From the IMG/VR virus record IMGVR_UViG_3300037485_001666, positions 1 through 50,811 of that record: a stretch of DNA of 50,811 bases. One strand, 5' to 3'. The position numbers and the translations under genes are program-made. The notes beneath the pieces are model-generated. The model worked only from the letters and a program-made list of their open reading frames with translations, searched no databases and had not been told where the DNA came from. How positions within the stretch are numbered: the first letter of the stretch is position 1; each line of letters starts with the position of its first letter. Positions 10,585-19,951 of the stretch are shown piece after piece. Source of the stretch: a virus. Lineage: Duplodnaviria > Caudoviricetes.

Positions 10585-11304
10585 GTGTCTCCTTTCAGAC
10601 TATCCAGTCATGCCTGCCTGCTTCTCATAGCAGGTGGGATTTCCGTTGCCTGCTGCACGCCTCAGGGCCAGACAGGACAGGTTCCGGGAGCGGTCGTGAG
10701 GGCGTCCCTACGCTTCCAGGTTGATGGCGCGAAATGCACGGGCACCTGTGTCGTGCAGAGGAAGACGTCGAACAAGTTCACATTCTATCTGCCTGAGAAG
10801 GCCAAACGGATTCTCATCCAGACGTGTCACCGCCAGGTCGCAATCAACAATCCGCCGAGGGATTTTGTCTATGACTACCTCCCTGCGATGTTTCTGGAGA
10901 ATTGGGACGAGTGCGGATTGGAAGCCGTTGTCACGACACAGACGGGCAACGTACTCGTGGCGATGGCTGAGTTTACGTCGAACGAGACGCTCGCAGCGCG
11001 TCATTGGTGCAACGGAGGATTCGCTCAGAGCACGGCTGGAGTTTCGTTCTGCCAGTCTCGCGCCGGACTCGTTCAGAGGATTGCGTTCGACGAACCTGTC
11101 ATTATGGAGCCTGGAAAAGGGTGTCCTCCGCTCGAATCGGAAGGTGGGTCAAAACAAATCTTCACCTACAAGGTAGCCAAAGACTTGTGCATATATGCCT
11201 TCCTGGCGACCGCCGCCGGCAGCACAAAATTCCACAGGCTTGTCACTCGTGGGTATGAGAAGATTGAAGAGGAAGTCGTCACGGACAGTCAGCCACCATG
11301 GTGA
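10585..11304 (+). CDS. Cys-rich exported protein / putative lipoprotein in the lysis module
   Basis: GAGGT SD before GTG 10585. Hydrophobic N-terminus ending ISVAC(C), an imperfect lipobox; many cysteines. Confidence 0.5.
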   Translation: MSPFRLSSHACLLLIAGGISVACCTPQGQTGQVPGAVVRASLRFQVDGAKCTGTCVVQRKTSNKFTFYLPEKAKRILIQTCHRQVAINNPPRDFVYDYLPAMFLENWDECGLEAVVTTQTGNVLVAMAEFTSNETLAARHWCNGGFAQSTAGVSFCQSRAGLVQRIAFDEPVIMEPGKGCPPLESEGGSKQIFTYKVAKDLCIYAFLATAAGSTKFHRLVTRGYEKIEEEVVTDSQPPW

Positions 11305-11311
11305 GGAACAT

Positions 11312-11524
11312 ATGAACGCTCTATTTGCTGAAGTGTTGTTGATGCTGGTTCGCGCTTTCTTTGCCAAGCAGGCTGAACGTGAGTTGTGGAAACAGAGAAT
11401 TGATTTGGCGTTCAAAGAACAGGACGCGACAGGTGATCACATCGCAGTGATTCGCTCAGAGGACCAGCGACTCAAACAGGTCCTCAGGGAGAGAAAGAAT
11501 GCTGGAGGAACGAACCCTCAGTAA
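11312..11524 (+). CDS. Small protein with N-terminal hydrophobic helix (spanin-like candidate)
   Basis: GAGGA SD; MNALFAEVLLMLVRAFF then a charged helical region. Confidence 0.45.
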   Translation: MNALFAEVLLMLVRAFFAKQAERELWKQRIDLAFKEQDATGDHIAVIRSEDQRLKQVLRERKNAGGTNPQ

Positions 11525-11699
11525 TTCAGTCGAGACGGTCATCTGTTTTGTGTCTGGCCTTCTGCTGTTCTGGCGTCGTTTATTTCGCGTCTTAGTTTGG
11601 TTGGTCGAACGATTGCGGATGGTATTCGCAATCTACGGGATGGCTCGGAAGGTCCAAGCCCATCTCGTGTCTCTTGAACGATTGAAAGGGGAATCCGTT

Positions 11700-12050
11700 A
11701 TGACAGGTAAATTCGGAATTAAAGACACCAAGGAATTGATCTCTTTTGGCATGGCCATTGCGGGCGCTCTCTACGCTGCGAAGACCAACGACGGAGTCAT
11801 TGATGGCAAAGACTTGCCTCTTGCAATGCCTGCACTCCTGGAAATGCCTACTGCCATTGAAGGTGTGCAGTTGGTTGTTCCTGAGCTGGGAGACTTGCAG
11901 GAAGACGAGCTTCTGGAAATCAAAGACCTCGTCCTGGCGAAACTTCCTGGGGTTGGCGACAAATGGAAAAGCGTTGCCACCCATGCGCTCATGGTCGCTC
12001 AAGGCGCTGTCGGCCTCTGGAATGATTTCAAGCCTGCTCCCGTCGCCTAA
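11700..12050 (+). CDS. Hypothetical protein (possible holin)
   Basis: AAAGGGG SD before ATG 11700; amphipathic/hydrophobic helices; last gene of the lysis block. Confidence 0.5.
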   Translation: MTGKFGIKDTKELISFGMAIAGALYAAKTNDGVIDGKDLPLAMPALLEMPTAIEGVQLVVPELGDLQEDELLEIKDLVLAKLPGVGDKWKSVATHALMVAQGAVGLWNDFKPAPVA

Positions 12051-12173
12051 TTAACGCCGTCCTATTTCACGGGCGGCCCACCTATTCCCCCCTAATATGT
12101 GTTGACGTTTCCCCCCGAAAATGCGAAAATATCACGCGCCATCGTTGAATGGCGCACACATGAAAGGAGCTAT

Positions 12174-13082
12174 ATGTGGCAGTTTGATTTAGACGTTCCG
12201 ATAGGATGGTGGCCCGACGATAGGAAACCGATGGAGGACGAGGAGTATCATCGAACGAAGAGATGGTCGTCGTCCATCTTCAAGAAGCATTTGATTGAGC
12301 ACCCGATCCGAGCAATTCAGGAATTGAACAAGACCGAAGAGGACAGGGAGGACGACGAAAAGAAGAAGGCTTTGCGGACGGGCAAGATCTTCCACATGCT
12401 TCTGCTGGAGCCTGAGAAGTTCGATCAACTCGCAACAGTCGCCCCCAAGCTCGATCGTCGCAAGACCGAGGACAAGGCTAAGTGGGCCGCATTCCAATCC
12501 AGCATTCCCCCCGGTGGATTCTTGCTCGACCAGGAAGAGCTTGAGCAGTTCAAGGCAATGAGAGCCGCCTGCGATTCACAACCGTTCTGGCATCCCTCGG
12601 TCAAAGCCAATTTCGGCTACGTCTACGAGGTGCCCGGTTTCGCAATGTACAACGGAAACCTGCCTCTCAAGATCAAACCCGATGTCAGATCGACCGCCTG
12701 TCCGTTGATGCTTGATCTGAAGTCATGTGACGACGTGCTCGACTTCCCGAGTGGGATCGATAACCACAACTACATGGTGCAGGCCGCATACTATTGCATC
12801 GTGGCTGAACTCATTGATGGGTCGCCTCATTTCGATTGGCGCTGGTTGGCGGTGTCGAAACGTGCGCCGTTCGAGGCGGTCGAATGGAGAGCTCCAATCT
12901 CGGGTGACTGTGGCCTCATCGCCTGGAAGCATTTCCTGCGGATGGAGATGGACGAGCTTTCGAAACGGATCGCTGACAAGGACTTCCCGAAGTTCCCCGC
13001 AGTTCTGGAATATGAACCAAAACCGTACATGAACCCCGAACGTCAAATCACTGGAGGATTCCGCCCATGGCAAACGAAGTGA
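12174..13082 (+). CDS. RecE/exonuclease VIII-like PD-(D/E)XK nuclease (DUF3799-like)
   Basis: EEYH..SSS, GKIFHMLLLEPEKF, KIKPD..DLKS, YMVQAAYY motifs; AAAGGAG SD; adjacent to a Bet-like gene. Confidence 0.88.
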   Translation: MWQFDLDVPIGWWPDDRKPMEDEEYHRTKRWSSSIFKKHLIEHPIRAIQELNKTEEDREDDEKKKALRTGKIFHMLLLEPEKFDQLATVAPKLDRRKTEDKAKWAAFQSSIPPGGFLLDQEELEQFKAMRAACDSQPFWHPSVKANFGYVYEVPGFAMYNGNLPLKIKPDVRSTACPLMLDLKSCDDVLDFPSGIDNHNYMVQAAYYCIVAELIDGSPHFDWRWLAVSKRAPFEAVEWRAPISGDCGLIAWKHFLRMEMDELSKRIADKDFPKFPAVLEYEPKPYMNPERQITGGFRPWQTK

Positions 13083-14338
13083 CCCCATCGACCGAGGTCT
13101 CGACTTTGGTTGATTCCCTGCTCCCAGATGCGAACGGACTTATCTTTGGCTTCAAAAAGGAGGTGGTCGAAATCTTCTGGCTCACCAATGCGGCTGACGC
13201 AGTGACCCCAGCAGAGCGCGTCTACTTCTTGAGCGTGTGCCAGTCGATGGCTCTCGACCCTCGTCGAGGTCACATCTTTTTCACCAAGCGCTGGGACTCG
13301 AAACGGAACTGTCACCGGCCCGCAATCATCACGGCCGTGGCCGGCCTGCGAACGATCGCCGAACGGTCCCGCGAGTACGTCGGGTGCGTCAAGAAAGAGT
13401 GGTGCGGCAAGGATGGAGTTTGGAAGGACGTCTGGCTTTCTGACGAACTGCCGGTCGCGGCCAGGGCCTGGGTTGCTCGACGTGGAACCGATCATTTGAT
13501 TCAAGCGGTCGTCCTGATGAAGCACCTCATGGATCCGAAGTCGCCGACGTGGCAAAAGATGCCGGAACACATGCTCGGCAAATGTGCTGAGGCCGCGGCG
13601 CTTCGTGCAGCCTATCCTGGGGAAGTGCAGGGCATCGAAACATTCGAGGAAGCGAACGAGAATCTGATCGACGTGACGCCCCCCCGCGAACGTATCCCGG
13701 AAGGCTTCGAACGCCCCGCCCTCACCGTTCCCCCCCCTTCCCCGTTGCGGGATCCGATCGACGTTCCCCCGACACCCCCTGCCCCGCCCCCGCCCCCGCA
13801 GGAACGCCCCCCAACGCCCCCCCCTAACGTTCCCCCCGCAGGGAAACAGACACCCCCTGCGGCCCCGCAAGGGGCGCAAATGTCGCCACCCCCGTTGAAC
13901 TCCGGATCTCCTGAGGTTGGTGCTTGCTTGCAGGGAACGTCCAAACCCGCAAGTCCAAAGTCGGACACCAAAGCGAATCCCGCCACCGTGTCTGAGAAAG
14001 AACATTTCTCGAAAGCGCCTGGCCGCAAGCCGATGCCGTGGGACGAGTGCGAGTTCGCGTCCATGTATCGCTGGGACGATTCAGTGGTCTTCGTCAAGAA
14101 CATTGAATCCCACTACACTTTCATGTTCGACTGCGCGGCTGAGTTTGGTGTTCCGTTCAATCCAGGAAACAAGCCATTTCTGACGCAGGTCTATAACGCT
14201 TGCGTGAAGATGCCACTGCGCAATCTTCCCGAGTTCGTGTGGACTCAAATCTTCCGATGGAAGAATCCCACACATGCGGGTCCAGTTCCTCCGATGGCTC
14301 ATGGTGAAAAGGTTCCAGATACCGAAGTGCCGTTCTAG
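13067..14338 (+). CDS. bet: Bet/RecT-family single-strand annealing recombinase with Pro-rich linker
   Basis: FLSVCQSMALDP..GHIFFTKRWDS, GLRTIAERS, WQKMPEHMLGKCAEAAALRAAYP match lambda Bet-like proteins. Confidence 0.88.
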   Translation: MANEVTPSTEVSTLVDSLLPDANGLIFGFKKEVVEIFWLTNAADAVTPAERVYFLSVCQSMALDPRRGHIFFTKRWDSKRNCHRPAIITAVAGLRTIAERSREYVGCVKKEWCGKDGVWKDVWLSDELPVAARAWVARRGTDHLIQAVVLMKHLMDPKSPTWQKMPEHMLGKCAEAAALRAAYPGEVQGIETFEEANENLIDVTPPRERIPEGFERPALTVPPPSPLRDPIDVPPTPPAPPPPPQERPPTPPPNVPPAGKQTPPAAPQGAQMSPPPLNSGSPEVGACLQGTSKPASPKSDTKANPATVSEKEHFSKAPGRKPMPWDECEFASMYRWDDSVVFVKNIESHYTFMFDCAAEFGVPFNPGNKPFLTQVYNACVKMPLRNLPEFVWTQIFRWKNPTHAGPVPPMAHGEKVPDTEVPF

Positions 14339-14423
14339 TTCGGCGCTCCTTAGGCTACGCTTTATTCTGAGCGTAGTCGTTCCCCCACCTGCATATCTCG
14401 CCAAAGAAAAACGTAAAGAAAAA

Positions 14424-14452
14424 TTGACGGAACGTCAAACATTCTGTAAATT
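14424..14452 (+). promoter_or_regulatory. Sigma70-like promoter with a palindrome over the -35
   Basis: TTGACG-17 bp-TAAATT with an A-rich upstream tract; TTGACG-GAA-CGTCAA inverted repeat at 14424-14438. Confidence 0.65.
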
Positions 14453-14502
14453 GTATGTTCCCCCCCGCAATTCCGCGTGGTGGATTTGGTTAGGAGTTCC
14501 CA

Positions 14503-15516
14503 TTGGCGCACGAGATAACGGAGCATGATTCAATGTTCAGCGTTGGCGAGACACCGTGGCACGGTTTAGGACACGTGCTCGAATGCCCGCCGTCGATTGA
14601 CGAAGCTCTCCAGTTGACAGGATTGGATTGGGAGGTCGATTTACGACCACTGTATTTGGAAGATGGACGGAAGGTCACACACAACGCTGTGTGTCGAACG
14701 GATCGAAACGAAGTGCTTGGTGTGGTTGGGCCGAACTACAAGCCCCTGCAAAACCGAGAAGCGTTCGGTGTGTTCCAACCGTTCGTGGAGCAGAAGATTC
14801 TCGCGCTGGAAACGGGTGGATCGTTGCGCGCTGGTCGCAGGGTTTGGCTTCTCGGAAGGTTCCTTGGCCTCGACCCGCAGGAGGTCGTTGCTGGTGACGA
14901 GGTGCGGCCCTATTTGCTCCTCAGCACAGGACACGATGGATTGGTTTGTGTTCGGTACGGACTGACGCCAATTCGGGTCGTGTGCAACAACACCCTCCAG
15001 GCTGCTCACGCCAATGGAAAAGAGTCGGGCCTTCTTCGCGTTCTTCACACAGAAAACGTCGTCGAGTCGCTCGGTGACGTTTCCCAGATTGTTCTTGAGC
15101 AACACAAGTCGTTCGACATTATGATGGAGTCATTTCGACTTCTCGCGAAACGCCAGATCGTTTCATCGGCACAGTTGAAACGGTACATCAAGGAAGTGTT
15201 TCGGAAGGCTGAGGACGAGGACGTTGAAGAGGCTGAGGACACGTTAGGCACAGCGCTCAATGCGATCACAGGCACCATCGTAAAGCCAGAAAGCACAGCC
15301 AGAGAGGACGAGATTCTCGCCCTGTTCGAACATGGCCGGGGAAGTCACATCGAAGCCACGCGAGGCACATGGTGGGCCGCTTACAACGCAATCAACGAGT
15401 GGGTTCTTTATTCCCGTGGCCGTTCTCAAGAGTCACGGTTCGAACAAGCCCTCTGGGGGGCGGGGCGTTCCATCGACGCCAAGGCCCTGCAAATCGCTCT
15501 CAAAATGGCTGCGTGA
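14503..15516 (+). CDS. DUF932-family protein
   Basis: MAHEI...MFSVGETPWHGLG, LDWEV, LETGGSLRAGRRVW, TPIRVVCNNTL, GTWWAAYNAINEW; TAGGAG SD with TTG start. Confidence 0.9.
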   Translation: MAHEITEHDSMFSVGETPWHGLGHVLECPPSIDEALQLTGLDWEVDLRPLYLEDGRKVTHNAVCRTDRNEVLGVVGPNYKPLQNREAFGVFQPFVEQKILALETGGSLRAGRRVWLLGRFLGLDPQEVVAGDEVRPYLLLSTGHDGLVCVRYGLTPIRVVCNNTLQAAHANGKESGLLRVLHTENVVESLGDVSQIVLEQHKSFDIMMESFRLLAKRQIVSSAQLKRYIKEVFRKAEDEDVEEAEDTLGTALNAITGTIVKPESTAREDEILALFEHGRGSHIEATRGTWWAAYNAINEWVLYSRGRSQESRFEQALWGAGRSIDAKALQIALKMAA

Positions 15517-15584
15517 TGGGCACAGGTGTATCGGGGGGAAGGTTCCCCCCCGGTTCCTTTCCCCCCTTAGATTCGAGGTGAAAC

Positions 15585-16328
15585 ATGACAGAAGCTCCAC
15601 AGGTGATCACATTCAATTGCACAGAGAAACTCAAGGGAATCATCAAAGGCGTTGAGCAGGCCAATTCTCAAGAGCAGTTCCGCTACTTCCTGGAAGAAGT
15701 CAGGGACGTCATTCATGTTGTAGAGAACTTTATCAGGATATACAAGAGAGATGAATATGCGCGCCAAGCACAGTTTCTCGTAGACAAAGCAATCAGTGCC
15801 GATATGAGAGAGAGAGGTCGTGAAGTGACGTGTTTCGGTTGTCGAGCAGCGCACTGTTGTAGCATCCACGTTGCGGTTTCTGACCTAGAAGTCGAGACGA
15901 TGTTCGACCGATTGTTTCCGATCGGATTGACTCATTCGCTGTTCAAGGCAACTTATGGACGAGAAGCATATGAGAGACTGAAACGACAAGCCGCCGCTTT
16001 GAATGCTCTCGACAAAGAGGTCAACTATTCGACCGAGTATGGCCTTGTTCTTTCCAAGGACGATAGACGCTGTGTGTTCCTCGGAGACAACAACTTGTGC
16101 ATGGTCTATTCCCAACGTCCCCTGCTGTGTCGGCTTCATTTCGTTGCTGACAAGCCAGCCAATTGCGAGTGGGATGGAGTTACGGAAAAGCCACTCAGAA
16201 TCTGGGCTTCGTATCGTGGCGAAGCGTCTTTCATCGCCTTCACGAACGTCCGAGGAAACAATGAAGGCGTGCCGTTGTCAGTCGCAGTGTGGAAGTTTCT
16301 CCAAGGCTGCAAGGAGAGATACATATGA
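15585..16328 (+). CDS. YkgJ-family cysteine-cluster (zinc/iron-chelating) protein
   Basis: CFGCRAAHCC and CVFLGDNNLCMVYSQRPLLCR motifs. Confidence 0.8.
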   Translation: MTEAPQVITFNCTEKLKGIIKGVEQANSQEQFRYFLEEVRDVIHVVENFIRIYKRDEYARQAQFLVDKAISADMRERGREVTCFGCRAAHCCSIHVAVSDLEVETMFDRLFPIGLTHSLFKATYGREAYERLKRQAAALNALDKEVNYSTEYGLVLSKDDRRCVFLGDNNLCMVYSQRPLLCRLHFVADKPANCEWDGVTEKPLRIWASYRGEASFIAFTNVRGNNEGVPLSVAVWKFLQGCKERYI

Positions 16329-16909
16329 CTATGCTACTCATAGAGATTGATGATATAGCTGGAATAAAGCAACCGAAAAGCACTCGTAAGGTTCTCGGAA
16401 AGGACCCCGTCCTGTACGCAGCAGCCGCCATAGCTCGTCTCAATAAGTGCGCCGTGTGGTGGCCCGATGGTGAGCATAATTCATTCCCTCATTCAGTCGT
16501 TCTCAAAAGACGGACGAGTATTTCGAGTATCGGAGGTGAGGTCAAGATTGGATTCCGAATAGTTGAATGTGAGTGCACAAGCAGGTATGGTCTAGGCAAA
16601 TGTCCAGTTCATCAGGTTCCCCCCATGGTCTGGGATTCGCTTTCGGTCAAGGGATATAAGAGAAAAAGGCTATGGGAAGTCTGGTGTCCGTTATGCGAAA
16701 AGGAGAATCTAGTTCATGGAACGAGCGTCAGAGTTTGCAAATCAACCCGTGGAGAAGCCGCTAAGACGTGGAACTTCGTCATTGAATTTGGATGGCTTGC
16801 TAAACGAGCCAGAGAAGTCGCTGTCGAGAAAGCGCGCCGTCGAGAGAGACCGGTGGAGACGACGGAAGTACAAGTTCCCAGTGTGTGCGATATGCGGGAA
16901 GAGCATTGA
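16325..16909 (+). CDS. Hypothetical Cys-containing protein
   Basis: ATGA-coupled, GGAGAG SD; CxC/CPxC motifs. The 3' part overlaps the next ORF. Confidence 0.5.
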   Translation: MTMLLIEIDDIAGIKQPKSTRKVLGKDPVLYAAAAIARLNKCAVWWPDGEHNSFPHSVVLKRRTSISSIGGEVKIGFRIVECECTSRYGLGKCPVHQVPPMVWDSLSVKGYKRKRLWEVWCPLCEKENLVHGTSVRVCKSTRGEAAKTWNFVIEFGWLAKRAREVAVEKARRRERPVETTEVQVPSVCDMREEH

Positions 16910-17027
16910 GAAGCTGAACTCATGGAAGTATTGTTCCTCTCGATGCCTACAGAGAGGACAGGCGAAGATGTGTTTAGCTCGATACTACAAGAGGAAAGAG
17001 TTAGCTAATGGAAAAACCGGTGTCTGA
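16782..17027 (+). CDS. Small Zn-ribbon protein
   Basis: CAICGK...YCSSRC motif within ORF 16716..17027; start uncertain. Confidence 0.45.
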   Translation: MNLDGLLNEPEKSLSRKRAVERDRWRRRKYKFPVCAICGKSIEKLNSWKYCSSRCLQRGQAKMCLARYYKRKELANGKTGV

Positions 17028-17265
17028 GTTTGACCAACTTGAGTTGCTTTTCACGGAAGCCGCCTGGGCCGCTCACGAGCTTTTCAAGATCGCTGGTCAT
17101 GAGAACGTCACGCTACTGGTGGACGCTTTCCGAGCCGGAATAGCGTATGAGCTTCGCCTTCACTATGGCACCTTCGAAGAAGCCTCAACTCATGTTGACG
17201 TATCCCGCCAAACCATAAGCAACTGGACACGGATGTGGAGACAACGGGAAAAGAAATCCCTTTGA
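17008..17265 (+). CDS. Small helix-turn-helix protein
   Basis: TFEEASTHVDVSRQTISNW resembles an HTH motif. Confidence 0.6.
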   Translation: MEKPVSEFDQLELLFTEAAWAAHELFKIAGHENVTLLVDAFRAGIAYELRLHYGTFEEASTHVDVSRQTISNWTRMWRQREKKSL

Positions 17266-17403
17266 CTTCCCTGTCCTTGTCCTGTCTGCAAAAAATGCAA
17301 CAAAAAGATGCAAAGCGAAACATGGGGTTGGGGTTTGCGCCCCCCCCCTTTGCTGTGTTAATGTTTTCCTGCAATCATTTTCAGCGCACGAAATCGTGAA
17401 TCT

Positions 17404-17727
17404 TTGGGGGAAACAGTGTCACACAAGAACAATAGTGATGTTAATTCGGGGGAAGCGGGGTATCGTTTCGACAAAATGAAGTGCGACCCGGCCATTATTG
17501 AGTTGGGTAAGTTCATCAAAAAGAACGTTTCCGAGGAAGCCTTCGCAAGCCTCGTCATTGATGGGCTGGGACAGGCGCTCTATGTGAACTTCTCATTCCT
17601 GAAGTTCGGTTGTGCCTCACGACAGACAATCGTGGATTGGTTTGGATTCGACGAGGCGGTCACTCTCGCACTTAGCCTTGGCTACATCGCGGAGGAAGAC
17701 GGTCAGTTCAAACTAAATTTCGCGTAG
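17404..17727 (+). CDS. Hypothetical protein
   Basis: 107 aa ORF upstream of the replication initiator; start uncertain. Confidence 0.45.
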   Translation: MGETVSHKNNSDVNSGEAGYRFDKMKCDPAIIELGKFIKKNVSEEAFASLVIDGLGQALYVNFSFLKFGCASRQTIVDWFGFDEAVTLALSLGYIAEEDGQFKLNFA

Positions 17728-17737
17728 TGGGTGACTC

Positions 17738-18778
17738 ATGACAAAGTTGAAGAAGGGAAACTTCACTATGATAGATAATGACATGGAGTTTATCTTAGGT
17801 GATCCTGAATTCAGAATCTTTTTCCATTTGGTTAGAATGACGCGCTACGGGGAGAAGGTATTTGACACCAGCGCTCATATCTTAGCAAAAAGGTTTCTTG
17901 TAAATAAGAGGACATTTCTAAAAGCGTTATCAACGCTAATTGATAAAGAACTAATTTCAGTTTCAACTTCAAGTTCTGGAACTAGAGTTGAAATCCTTAA
18001 GTGCTCAATGATCGAGTTTCAAGATGACGGGGGGGGTTGTGCACCCAGTACACAACGAAACAGGGGGGGGGTTGTGCACCCAGTACACAACGAAACGGGG
18101 GGGGTTGTGCACCCAGTACACAAGGGGCTGTGCACCCAGTGCACAACGGTTGTGCACCCAGTGCACAACGACGACATTCTAGATCGAAAAAAAGAAGATC
18201 AAAGAAAGATCAAAGAACAATACAAAGAAGATCTCAAACCATCGAATTTTTCCCCGGACGTTCCCTCGAGCATTCCCCCCCCCCTCGCTCCCGCTTGCGC
18301 GGTCGCACTTTTGGAGGTCGTCCCAATCGAGAGTTCGAAGAAGCGACCAAAGGGACCAACGGATGGCTCCCTGGTCTTCCAGGCATATGTCGAGGCTATG
18401 GAAAAGAGATGGAACGTGACCCCGCCGAGAAGCGCAGCTGTTTCTTCAATGGCGAAGTCACTGATTGCCAGGGTAGGGATTGACAATGCCATTGCACTGG
18501 CAAAGTATTTTCCAACAAGGCTCGATCCAGCTTACATCAAATGCGGACATCCATTCGAACAATTACTTAAGCATCACATGGTTCTTCTGGGTGAAATCAG
18601 CACCGGGGTAAAACGAACGTCGGGAATTATTCGGAGATTGTCAGAACAGGAGGCAACACTTCAGTCAATCGACATGCTTGAAAACGGATTGGATTTTCTA
18701 CCAATAGGTCCAAGTACGCAAGAAAGGAAGAAAATAGCCGCAACAGCGACCATCACATCACGATGCGGCACGAAGTAA
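17738..18778 (+). CDS. Phage replication initiator (lambda O-like organisation)
   Basis: N-terminal GNFTMIDN plus winged-helix-like region; internal iteron array followed by an A-rich tract. Confidence 0.82.
   Translation: MTKLKKGNFTMIDNDMEFILGDPEFRIFFHLVRMTRYGEKVFDTSAHILAKRFLVNKRTFLKALSTLIDKELISVSTSSSGTRVEILKCSMIEFQDDGGGCAPSTQRNRGGVVHPVHNETGGVVHPVHKGLCTQCTTVVHPVHNDDILDRKKEDQRKIKEQYKEDLKPSNFSPDVPSSIPPPLAPACAVALLEVVPIESSKKRPKGPTDGSLVFQAYVEAMEKRWNVTPPRSAAVSSMAKSLIARVGIDNAIALAKYFPTRLDPAYIKCGHPFEQLLKHHMVLLGEISTGVKRTSGIIRRLSEQEATLQSIDMLENGLDFLPIGPSTQERKKIAATATITSRCGTK
18037..18235. repeat. Replication origin: five 19-bp palindromic iterons plus A-rich tract
   Basis: (T/C)TGTGCAC-CCA-GT(A/G)CACAA at 18037, 18072, 18105, 18128 and 18150; then an A-rich region with repeated AGATC. 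Confidence 0.88.
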
Positions 18779-18790
18779 CCCCCAAAGGAT

Positions 18791-19411
18791 ATGAGGGATG
18801 AAACCTATATGACGAAAGAAGAGTTTGAGCAAGTCATTTCTATTTTATCGGAACTTTCGAGAGTTTCTTTGATGGATAGAGCGAAGCAATTCTATTGGGC
18901 CCACATTCGGCACATACCATATGACGAGATTAAACCAGCGATAAACCTGTTCTGTTCTCGTGGCAAAATGCCCACAGTCGAAGAGCTCCTTCGCGAATGC
19001 GGACGCACCGGAGTTCAAGACGCTGAAGAACGTCTCATGGAAGAGGCTACACCAGAGTTTCTGAAAAAGTCGCCAAAGTCATCAATTGACAACGCTTTAG
19101 GTCACCTTACGGTTTGCATTGATGCTAATGACGTTCAAGATAATGAAGAAGCAGAAGTAACTATATCAAACAAAATAGCAGAGCTATGTGCTAAAGGATG
19201 GATTGTAATTGATATGAGCGAACTATTCATGAATACATTCCACTCAGAGGCATTGAATTTAGGATGGAGAGTAACCAAGAAGCGCTTCTATCGCAACGTC
19301 AACTTCTTCCGATCAAGCATCGACGGAAAGAATGTCGAAGTCGATTCTCAGTACGGAAACTTTCAACGTTGGTTCAAGCGAGGCATCTTGCAGAAAACAA
19401 CGGAGGGATAA
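18791..19411 (+). CDS. Putative helicase loader/inhibitor (G39P-like N-terminus)
   Basis: Follows the initiator; MTKEEFEQVISIL...YWAHIRHIPYD...MPTVEEL pattern. Confidence 0.5.
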   Translation: MRDETYMTKEEFEQVISILSELSRVSLMDRAKQFYWAHIRHIPYDEIKPAINLFCSRGKMPTVEELLRECGRTGVQDAEERLMEEATPEFLKKSPKSSIDNALGHLTVCIDANDVQDNEEAEVTISNKIAELCAKGWIVIDMSELFMNTFHSEALNLGWRVTKKRFYRNVNFFRSSIDGKNVEVDSQYGNFQRWFKRGILQKTTEG

Positions 19412-19432
19412 TCGTGAACATGACCCGATTGC

Positions 19433-19458
19433 TTTTCCCCCGTATACGTTCCCCTCAT
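19433..19458. repeat. C-rich dispersed repeat TTTTCCCCCG(T)ATACGTTCCCCTCAT
   Basis: Matches 31836-31860 except for a 1-nt indel; related copy at 30156-30175. Confidence 0.85.
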
Positions 19459-19547
19459 TCCCCCCTTTCCCCCACTCCCTTGAGTACGGGAGCGGGGCAG
19501 GGACCAACGTTTCGGGGTATCGTTTCCCCCCCGAATGCACAGGGGGC

Positions 19548-19817
19548 ATGACGGTGGACTTGTCGAAGCTCAATGAGATTGACTGGAATCAAACGCCGAC
19601 GGTCTGCGTGGAGATCACACCGCAGTCAGAACAGCAGGCCGAGTTCCATGCAGCAATGCACATCCGCCAAATCGAGTTCGAGAAAAGCCTCCCGCCTCAC
19701 ATCGTCGTCATTCACAAGACCGAGTACGTCATCGGCGCCAAGCTCAAACTGTTCGTTACAATTTGTCACATCGACCACCCACATAGGAGATCATTATGTC
19801 GCCAATCTGCGCAGTAG
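19548..19817 (+). CDS. Hypothetical protein
   Basis: Start MTVDLSKL after AGGGGG; protein-like composition. Confidence 0.5.
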   Translation: MTVDLSKLNEIDWNQTPTVCVEITPQSEQQAEFHAAMHIRQIEFEKSLPPHIVVIHKTEYVIGAKLKLFVTICHIDHPHRRSLCRQSAQ

Positions 19818-19951
19818 ATACAAAGTCGATCGCTGAGATATTCAAGAGGAAGGTCATCGAAGCAACCTCAACCGAGGAGTACGACCGATTGACTGCTCTC
19901 TTCAAGGAAATCCTCGGACACGCTCAAATCTATCAGGAGCTGACAAAATGA
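19796..19951 (+). CDS. Small hypothetical protein (51 aa, not in ORF track)
   Basis: TAGGAG SD, MSPICAVDTK...QELTK; ATGA-coupled to the next gene. Confidence 0.5.
   Translation: MSPICAVDTKSIAEIFKRKVIEATSTEEYDRLTALFKEILGHAQIYQELTK

Noticed and set aside
13043-14005. 320-aa minus-strand ORF
   Set aside because: Gly/Arg-rich antisense shadow of the C-rich bet gene with no recognisable motifs.
18037-18168. Iteron array as a mini-CRISPR
   Set aside because: Spacers are only 3-16 bp and not unique, the array lies in-frame within the initiator gene, and no cas genes were seen.
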